NCBI GenBank assembly: GCA_964399525.1
Contig: CAYNRF010000001.1
Coordinates: forward strand, 2,125-50,844
Origin: an uncultured Phycisphaeraceae bacterium
GTDB lineage: Bacteria; Planctomycetota; Phycisphaerae; Phycisphaerales; UBA1924
Direction of reading: 5' to 3'
Length of the DNA: 48,720 nt
The translations under genes were made by a program, and so were the position numbers. This document shows, one piece after another, positions 42,677-48,720 of this stretch (position 1 is its first letter; every line of letters begins with the position of its first letter). The notes beneath the pieces were generated by a model. That model saw nothing but the letters and a program-made list of their open reading frames with translations. It made no database searches and was not told the origin of the DNA.

Positions 42677-44653
42677 TCAGCCCAGATCGACGTCCGGATC
42701 GAGGTAGGTGTACCCGTTCAGACCTCGGTCGTAGAAGTTGATCAGGATGCGGCTTTCCTGCACGGACATGCTGCCCGATCGGACGGCCTTCTCGCACTCT
42801 TTCTCGAGGTGGCGGCTCAGCCCGTCCGGCTCGTACTGCACGTAGCTGAGCACCTCGCGGATCGAGTCGCCCTTGACCACCTCGCCGATGACCCACTGCC
42901 CGTCCTCGACGTCGATGTGCACGGCGTGCGCATCGCCGAACAGGTTGTGCAGATCGCCGAGCGTCTCCTGGTAGGCGCCCACCAGGAACACGCCCAGGTA
43001 ATAGGGCTCGTTGCGGAGATCGTGCACGGCGAGCGTCTTCTCGGGCGCGCCCTGCAGCCCGATGAAATCGTCGATCTTGCCGTCCGAATCGCAGGTGATG
43101 TCCGCCAGCACCGCACGTTCGACGGGCTCCTCGCCGAGGCGGTGGATCGGCATGATCGGGAAGAGCTGGTCGATCGCCCAGGTGTCCGGCAGCGACTGGA
43201 AGAGCGAGAAGTTGCAGAAGTAGTTCTCGCACATCAGGTCGTCGATGCCCGCCAGCGCCTCGGGGATCTCCTCGCGCTTGTGCACGGCCTCCTGCACCAG
43301 CGAACAGGTGGTCCAGTACAGCCTCTCGGAGAGCGCCCGCTCGTGCAGGCTCAGGTACCCCAGGCTGAACAGGGTCAGGGCCTCCTCGCGGGCCCGCTCG
43401 GCGTCGTGGAAGCACTCGACCAGACGCCCGTTCGCCTTGGCGGCCGTGCTGATCGCCGCCCGCAGATCGCGGATCGGCTGGGGCTCGTCGTCGTGCCCGG
43501 GCGCGTCGATCAGGTTGCGGTCGACGAGTTCGCTGGGGCCGGTCGAGCCGAGCACGTCGAACACCAGCACCGAGCTGTGCGCCACCATCGCCCGCCCGCA
43601 CTCGGTCACGATCGTGGGGTGCTCGACCTCGGCCGCGTCGCAGACCGAGCCGATGCGGTACACCACGTCGGAGGCGTACTCGTCGAGGGAGTAGTTCATC
43701 GAGGAGGGACGATTGGTCTGGCTGCCCTGGTAGTCCACGGCCAGCCCGCCGCCGATGTCGATCATGGTCAGGCCGGCGCCCTCGCGCTTGAGCTGCACGA
43801 AGACGTGGGCCAGCTCGGTGATGCAGCGCTTGACCTGGGCGATGTCCTGGAGCTGGCTGCCCGAGTGGCAGTGGAGCAGCTTGAGACCTTCGAGCAGGTC
43901 GTGCCGGCGCAGCGTCGACACCGCCTCGAGCAGCTCGGCGATGGTCAGGCCGAACTTGCTCTTCACGCCCACGGAGTCGGCCCAGCGTCCCGATCCGCCC
44001 GAGGCGAGCTTGACCCGCACGCCGATGGTGGGGCGGACCTTGTGCTTCTCGGCGAAGTGGATGATCAGGCGCAGCTCCTTGACGTTCTCCACCACCGGGA
44101 TGATCCGGCGACCGAGCTTGGTCGCCAGGATGACCGCCTCGATGTAGCGGGCGTCCTTGAAGCCGTTGCAGATGATCGGCTGGTTGGGCGTCTCGACCGT
44201 CATGCCCAGCACCGCGAGCAGTTCGGGCTTGGAGCCGACCTCCAGGCCGAAGCCCAGCCGATGCCCGTAGTCGCGCACCTCGTCGACGACCTGCCGCTGC
44301 TGGTTCACCTTGATCGGGTACACGGCCAGGTAGTCGCCCTTGTAGTTGTTCTCCTTGATGGAGGTCTCGAACGCCTGGCGGAGCGACCGCAGCCGGTGGT
44401 CCAGGATCCCGGAGAACCGCAGGAGCACCGGCGTGTCGATGCCGCGGGCGGACAGACCGCGGATGACCTCGTGCAGGTCGATCTTCGGACCGTTCGCCCC
44501 GGTCGGGGTGGCCTCGACCTGCCCCTGGTCGTTGACCCGGAAATACCCCCCGCCCCAGTTGGCGATCCGGTACAGCTCGGCCGAGTCCTGATGGGTCCAG
44601 GCGGTTCCCGGGTTGACGGCGGACTGGCGGCTGGAAGGCGTTGCGGTGCTCAT
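42677..44653 (-). CDS. speA: Biosynthetic arginine decarboxylase
   Basis: 658 aa. YRIANWGGGYFRVN, the YPIKVNQQ PLP-Lys block, HCHSGSQ, IDIGGGLAVDY and CDSDGKID are collinear with SpeA. Confidence 0.93.
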   Translation of the reverse strand: MSTATPSSRQSAVNPGTAWTHQDSAELYRIANWGGGYFRVNDQGQVEATPTGANGPKIDLHEVIRGLSARGIDTPVLLRFSGILDHRLRSLRQAFETSIKENNYKGDYLAVYPIKVNQQRQVVDEVRDYGHRLGFGLEVGSKPELLAVLGMTVETPNQPIICNGFKDARYIEAVILATKLGRRIIPVVENVKELRLIIHFAEKHKVRPTIGVRVKLASGGSGRWADSVGVKSKFGLTIAELLEAVSTLRRHDLLEGLKLLHCHSGSQLQDIAQVKRCITELAHVFVQLKREGAGLTMIDIGGGLAVDYQGSQTNRPSSMNYSLDEYASDVVYRIGSVCDAAEVEHPTIVTECGRAMVAHSSVLVFDVLGSTGPSELVDRNLIDAPGHDDEPQPIRDLRAAISTAAKANGRLVECFHDAERAREEALTLFSLGYLSLHERALSERLYWTTCSLVQEAVHKREEIPEALAGIDDLMCENYFCNFSLFQSLPDTWAIDQLFPIMPIHRLGEEPVERAVLADITCDSDGKIDDFIGLQGAPEKTLAVHDLRNEPYYLGVFLVGAYQETLGDLHNLFGDAHAVHIDVEDGQWVIGEVVKGDSIREVLSYVQYEPDGLSRHLEKECEKAVRSGSMSVQESRILINFYDRGLNGYTYLDPDVDLG

Positions 44654-44778
44654 CCGGACAGTTTAGAAGGCTCACGCCCGACGGCGAGGTCCGGCCTACC
44701 GTCTGGGCCCCGGTTTTTTCGCACCTGGTAGCCAGCAACGCCCCGACGCACCCCGTCGGCGCTCCGGAGATCCCGCCG

Positions 44779-45747
44779 ATGACGATCCGAGCCTTCATGG
44801 AGGAGCATTACCGGCATTTCAACGCGGCCGCCGCGCTGGACGCCGCCAAGGGGTACGAGGCTCATCTGGCCAAGGGCGGGAAGATGATGGTCACCCTGGC
44901 CGGCGCGATGAGCACCGCCGAACTGGGCCGCTCGCTCGCCGAGATGATCCGCCGGGGCAAGGTCCACGCCATCACCTGCACGGGGGCGAATCTGGAGGAG
45001 GATGTCTTCAACCTGGTCGCCCATGATCACTACGTCCGCATTCCCGACTGGCGCAACCTCAACGACGCCGACGAACAGGCGCTCCTCGACCGCCACCTCA
45101 ACCGGGTGACCGACACCTGCATCCCCGAAGGGGAGGCGATCCGCCGCATCGAGCACGTCCTGCTCAAGCGGTGGCAGGAGGCCGACCGGTCCGGGAACCC
45201 GAAGTTCCCGCACGAGTTCTTCATGGACGCCCTGCTCTCGGGCGAGCTGGAGAAGTCGTACCAGGCCGACCCCAGGAACTCGTGGCTGCTGGCGGCCGCC
45301 CAGGCGAAGATCCCCGTGTACGTCCCCGGCTGGGAGGACTCGACGCTGGGCAACATCGCCGCGGCGCGGGTCATCGACGGCACCCTTTCGAACACCCGGT
45401 GCATCAAATCGGGTCTCGATTACATGGTGCATCTTGCCGACTTTTACACCCGCACCGTGTCCTCGGGCACGAGCATCGGCTTCTTCCAGGTCGGCGGCGG
45501 CATCGCGGGCGATTTCCCGATCTGCGTGGTCCCGATGATGCGTCAGGATCTGGAGCGGGACATCCCGCTGTGGGGCTATTTCTGCCAGATTTCCGACTCG
45601 ACCACAAGCTACGGGTCCTACTCGGGCGCCATCCCCGCCGAGAAGATCACCTGGGAAAAGATCGCCCCGGATACCCCCCGGTTCATGGTCGAATCCGATG
45701 CCACCATCGTCGCCCCGCTCATCTTCGGGTACCTGCTGGGCTGGTGA
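44779..45747 (+). CDS. Deoxyhypusine synthase family protein (bacterial DHS-like, possible homospermidine synthase)
   Basis: 322 aa from ATG 44779, with GGAGA upstream. TLAGAMSTAELG, ITCTGANLEEDVF, GWEDSTLGN, and GGGIAGDFP blocks of the DHS Rossmann fold are present. It is divergent from speA. Confidence 0.88.
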   Translation: MTIRAFMEEHYRHFNAAAALDAAKGYEAHLAKGGKMMVTLAGAMSTAELGRSLAEMIRRGKVHAITCTGANLEEDVFNLVAHDHYVRIPDWRNLNDADEQALLDRHLNRVTDTCIPEGEAIRRIEHVLLKRWQEADRSGNPKFPHEFFMDALLSGELEKSYQADPRNSWLLAAAQAKIPVYVPGWEDSTLGNIAAARVIDGTLSNTRCIKSGLDYMVHLADFYTRTVSSGTSIGFFQVGGGIAGDFPICVVPMMRQDLERDIPLWGYFCQISDSTTSYGSYSGAIPAEKITWEKIAPDTPRFMVESDATIVAPLIFGYLLGW

Positions 45748-45801
45748 CCGGATCGCTTTCCGAACGCCCGGATCGGGGCTACCATGCGGACCCATTCACC
45801 C

Positions 45802-45890
45802 GGAGAGGTGGCTGAGTGGTTGAAGGCGCACGGCTGGAATCCGTGTTTACGGGGTAACTCGTAACGGGGGTTCGAATCCCCCCCTCTCCG
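45802..45890 (+). tRNA. tRNA-Ser (anticodon GGA), class II with long variable arm; no encoded CCA
   Basis: Acceptor GGAGAGG/CCTCTCC plus discriminator G. Anticodon stem CACGG/CCGTG with loop CTGGAAT. Variable-arm stem TTACG/CGTAA. T-arm GGGGG-TTCGAAT-CCCCC. Confidence 0.93.
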
Positions 45891-45897
45891 CTTGAAG

Positions 45898-45933
45898 AGT
45901 CCCTGCCCCGCAATCCGTTGCATGGCAGGGACT
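45898..45933 (+). terminator. Hairpin downstream of the tRNA
   Basis: AGTCCCTGCC ... GGCAGGGACT (10 bp) with an inner GCAA/TTGC stem, followed by TATCATT. Confidence 0.4.
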
Positions 45934-46078
45934 TATCATTCGGGAGGAGCGATGAGATCACGTCAGCACCTCGACCGCCCGCGCTGCGGTGATCGGGGGG
46001 TGGGCTCCCGCCCGACCGCGTTCCCGCGAACCTGAGAACCAGGCCCCGCGGTGGAATCCCGATCCTGCTCGATTTCGC

Positions 46079-46107
46079 TTGAACTCCGGAATGAAAACAG
46101 TTACATT
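46079..46107 (+). promoter_or_regulatory. Candidate sigma70-like promoter TTGAAC-N17-TACATT
   Basis: Hexamers and 17-nt spacing were read directly from the sequence. It lies about 70 nt upstream of ATG 46176 (SD AAGGAG at 46162-46167). Confidence 0.3.
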
Positions 46108-46175
46108 GGAGGTCCGCGGTCTCGACCTGCGGGGATGCACGAGGGAAGCTTCGGTCCAAAAAGGAGAACTGAGGG

Positions 46176-47039
46176 ATGTCACACGTTACGCGATTCATGA
46201 TTCCGGCCGCCGGCCTGCTGCTGGGGGTCCAGGCGACCGCCATGGCCGGCGGCGGCTCCAACCTGATCACCAACCCGGGCTTCGAGGAGCCCAACCCGGG
46301 CATGCCGACGCTGCCGCTGGGCTGGAACGGCATCAATGTCGATTCGAGCGACTACGTCGATCTGAACGATCCGGGCGCTTTCGTTCGGACCGGGGACAAG
46401 TCGATCCGCCTTCGTCCGTCCGCGGGTGACGCGGACCGCTTCAAGGGCTGGACCACCAACCTCTTCCGACCGGACGGCTCGGACCTGTTCGACCCGGACT
46501 ACGTCTATCTGGGCGGTGACGTGACCGTGTCGGGGTACTACCTGGTGCCGGAAGGCGAAGTCCTCCAGGACACCATCGTGGGGGTCAAGCTCGAGTTCCG
46601 GCGCGAGCCCCCGAACTTCTCGATCTGGGCGGCGTTCGAGTTCGCGTTCCCCTCGAACACGACCGCGGGCGAATGGGTGCCCTTCTCGTTCGTGGTCACC
46701 GACGACATGATCGCCGCGGTGGGGGACTTCCCGCCCGATCCGACCAGCGTCTCGATCCTGCCGTTCCGCTTCTTCGGAGGCCAGTTCGGGCCGGGCACCT
46801 CGCCCACCGGCACGGTGTACATCGACGACCTGAACATGGTGCAGGGCGACATCCCCGGCGGCTGCAACGCCGCCGACGTGGCCGAGCCGTTCGGCACCCT
46901 GAACTTCTTCGACGTGTCCACCTTCATCGGTCTGTTCAACGCCAACGACCCCGCGGCGGACCTCGCGGCCCCGTTCGGGACCTTCAACTTCTTCGACGTG
47001 TCGGCCTTCATCGGTCTGTACAACGCCGGATGCCCGTGA
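46176..47039 (+). CDS. Small secreted jelly-roll (CBM4_9/galactose-binding-like) protein with GC-type dockerin-like tail
   Basis: 287 aa with a signal peptide. NLITNPGFEEP...GW is the typical opening of CBM4_9-like sandwiches. The tail is CNAADVAEPFGTLNFFDVSTFIGLFNANDPAADLAAPFGTFNFFDVSAFIGLYNAGCP (46863-47036). Confidence 0.85.
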   Translation: MSHVTRFMIPAAGLLLGVQATAMAGGGSNLITNPGFEEPNPGMPTLPLGWNGINVDSSDYVDLNDPGAFVRTGDKSIRLRPSAGDADRFKGWTTNLFRPDGSDLFDPDYVYLGGDVTVSGYYLVPEGEVLQDTIVGVKLEFRREPPNFSIWAAFEFAFPSNTTAGEWVPFSFVVTDDMIAAVGDFPPDPTSVSILPFRFFGGQFGPGTSPTGTVYIDDLNMVQGDIPGGCNAADVAEPFGTLNFFDVSTFIGLFNANDPAADLAAPFGTFNFFDVSAFIGLYNAGCP

Positions 47040-47072
47040 ACGGTCCCGCACGGAACATTCCTGCCTGATTTC

Positions 47073-47101
47073 GGAGGCCCCACGCCCGGCGTGGGGCCTC
47101 C
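47073..47101 (+). terminator. GC hairpin with a weak U-tract
   Basis: GGAGGCCCCACGC-CCG-GCGTGGGGCCTCC (13-bp stem) followed by CGCCTTTGG. Confidence 0.45.
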
Positions 47102-47166
47102 CGCCTTTGGAGTTCTCTGCCACCATCGCGCCGGCGTGATGAACCCGCCGGCCCCGCGGAGCACGC

Positions 47167-48609
47167 ATGGCTCAAGGAACCGAGCACCACGCCACGGCCG
47201 CGCGCGACCGCATCCCGTGGATCCAGCTCATCGCGTACGGCCTGGGCGGTTTCGTGCCCATCGCCCTGTTCAACTCGGTCGGACAGCTGTCCGGGCTGAT
47301 CCTCAACGTCGGCCTGGGGATCGGCGCCGTCATGGTGGGGGTGGCACAGATGGTCCCGCGCTTCTGGGACGCCGTGACCGACCCGGTCATGGGCCACATC
47401 ACCGACAACACGCGGTCACGCTGGGGGCGGCGACGCCCGTACATCTTCTTCGGGGGTCTGCTGGTCTCGGCGTCGTTCGTCGCGATGTGGTCCGTGCCGC
47501 GTGAGTGGGACGCCTCGGCCCAGTTCTGGTACTTCCTCGGAATGTCGCTCGTCTTCTACACCGCGGTGACGATCTTCGAGATCCCCCACGGCGCCCTCGG
47601 CATGGAGATGACCGACGACTACCACGAACGCACCCGCCTCTTCAGCGCCAAGAGTTTCATCGGCAACCTCGGGGCGATCATCACCCCCTGGTTCTACGCG
47701 ATGTCGCACTGGGACATCTTCAAAGGACCCGGCGGCGACGAGGTCGACGGCATGCGCCGGGTGGCGTACGTCGCCGGCGCGATGGTCCTGCTGCCGGCGT
47801 TCGCGTGCGCGTTCTTCTGCAAGGAGCGCCACCAGACCCGGGTGATGCAGCAGAAGCGCGAGTCGCTCCCGACCAGCATGCGCCGCGTCGGCCGGAACCG
47901 GACCTTTCTGATCCTGGTGGGGGTGGTGTTCGCCACCGTCATGGGGTTCAACGTGGTCAACGGGTTCGCCAACTACATCGCGGTGTTCTATCTCTTTGCG
48001 GGCAACCGCGACGCCGCGTCCTCATTGCTCGGCGTCAACGGCACCGCCTGGGGCATCACCTCCGTCGTGGCGGTGTTCCCGCTCGTGCTGCTGAGCCGGC
48101 GCGTCGGCAAGCGGAGAACGATGACCGCGGCGATCGGGCTGATGGCGGGTGCGCAGGCCCTCAAGATCGTCTGCTACAACCCGGAACTGCCCTACCTGAC
48201 CCTGATCCCCACCGTCATGCTGGCGGCCGGCATGCTCATGTTCTTCACGCTCGCCAGCGCCATGGTGGCCGACGTCTGCGACGACGACGAACTGCGGACC
48301 GGCACACGCAGCGAGGGCGCGTACTACTCCGTGTTCTGGTGGTTCATGAAGATGGGCATGGCCGTGGCGTACCTGATCGCCGGCGTGCTCATCGAGGTCA
48401 CCGGGTTCGACCAGACGTCCGACGTCCAGGCCGACCGCACGCTGCTGCTGTTGCGGGCGTTCGAGATCGGCCTGCCGATCGCGCTGTGCGCAGCTTCGTT
48501 GATCCTCGTGCGGATCTACCCGCTGACCGAAGCCCGGGCGTACGAGATCAAGTCTCAGCTCGAGGCCCGACGTGGCGAGAGCGTTTCAAGGGACGTCGGA
48601 TCGGCCTAG
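47167..48609 (+). CDS. MFS transporter, glycoside-pentoside-hexuronide (GPH):cation symporter family (MelB-like)
   Basis: 480 aa. The DAVTDPVMGHITDNTRSRWGRRRPYIFFG signature loop of GPH/MFS_2 is present, with 12 TM segments. Confidence 0.9.
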   Translation: MAQGTEHHATAARDRIPWIQLIAYGLGGFVPIALFNSVGQLSGLILNVGLGIGAVMVGVAQMVPRFWDAVTDPVMGHITDNTRSRWGRRRPYIFFGGLLVSASFVAMWSVPREWDASAQFWYFLGMSLVFYTAVTIFEIPHGALGMEMTDDYHERTRLFSAKSFIGNLGAIITPWFYAMSHWDIFKGPGGDEVDGMRRVAYVAGAMVLLPAFACAFFCKERHQTRVMQQKRESLPTSMRRVGRNRTFLILVGVVFATVMGFNVVNGFANYIAVFYLFAGNRDAASSLLGVNGTAWGITSVVAVFPLVLLSRRVGKRRTMTAAIGLMAGAQALKIVCYNPELPYLTLIPTVMLAAGMLMFFTLASAMVADVCDDDELRTGTRSEGAYYSVFWWFMKMGMAVAYLIAGVLIEVTGFDQTSDVQADRTLLLLRAFEIGLPIALCAASLILVRIYPLTEARAYEIKSQLEARRGESVSRDVGSA

Positions 48610-48720
48610 GAACTCGGGACGGTGTTCGACACGTCCGGTACGGCCTCTGCCGGATCGCCGCCGGTTGGCCCCCCCTCCCCCCCTCCCCGCACCTCCCGAC
48701 CGGCTGATCAGTCCACAACG

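Noticed and set aside
45891-48720. Genomic island integrated at tRNA-Ser.
   Set aside because: I could spot no integrase, no recombinase and no direct repeat of the tRNA 3' end. GC content and codon style look like the rest of the window.

Overview
This is a very GC-rich (not computed), densely coding bacterial chromosome segment. I call 33 protein genes and one tRNA-Ser(GGA). All family assignments rest on motifs read by eye; I ran no HMM or BLAST search.

Likely origin (inference): Planctomycetota, probably class Phycisphaerae. The evidence is:
- two DUF1559 prepilin-like proteins;
- one PEP-CTERM protein;
- three secreted proteins ending in a duplicated NFFD[VI]S[AT]FI module plus the tail GCP ('GC-type dockerin');
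- classical dockerin repeats;
- many glycan-active enzymes.

Gene content, left to right:
- An alpha-glucan block: a GH31 fragment, a CUT2 sugar ABC importer headed by a DUF1559 gene, GH13, a large surface protein, and an esterase with a CBM48-like domain.
- lysA translationally coupled to an HGSNAT-like membrane protein.
- A GH38 mannosidase.
- An operon of AraR-type regulator, DUF1559, CUT1 ABC importer and FAD oxidoreductase.
- A PEP-CTERM protein.
- A five-gene operon with three Gfo/Idh/MocA oxidoreductases, a xylose-isomerase-like TIM barrel and a NagB-LmbE fusion.
- Two GHL10 (DigH-like) proteins, one fused to a phosphodiester glycosidase and dockerins.
- A ROK-like kinase.
- A GC-dockerin paralogue of the PEP-CTERM protein.
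- A Na+/solute symporter and an amidase_2.
- A second HGSNAT-like gene behind speA, and a deoxyhypusine-synthase-like gene.
- tRNA-Ser, a lectin-like GC-dockerin protein and a GPH symporter.

I saw no mobile elements, CRISPR arrays or recognisable defence genes.

Most interesting observations:
1. Both fold-type-III PLP decarboxylases (lysA, speA) are each followed by a paralogous HGSNAT-like membrane protein.
2. Two different ABC importer operons are each headed by a DUF1559 pseudopilin-like gene.
3. One passenger domain occurs with two different C-terminal anchors (PEP-CTERM and GC-dockerin).
4. A phosphodiester-glycosidase/GHL10/dockerin fusion sits in a peptidoglycan and amino-sugar salvage context.
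5. An AT-only 12-16-mer recurs upstream of four genes.
6. A structured intercistronic element sequesters the ABC ATPase start codon.

Many very long ORFs in the track are antisense GC-shadow ORFs. Several tracked ORFs also overrun the real start codon.
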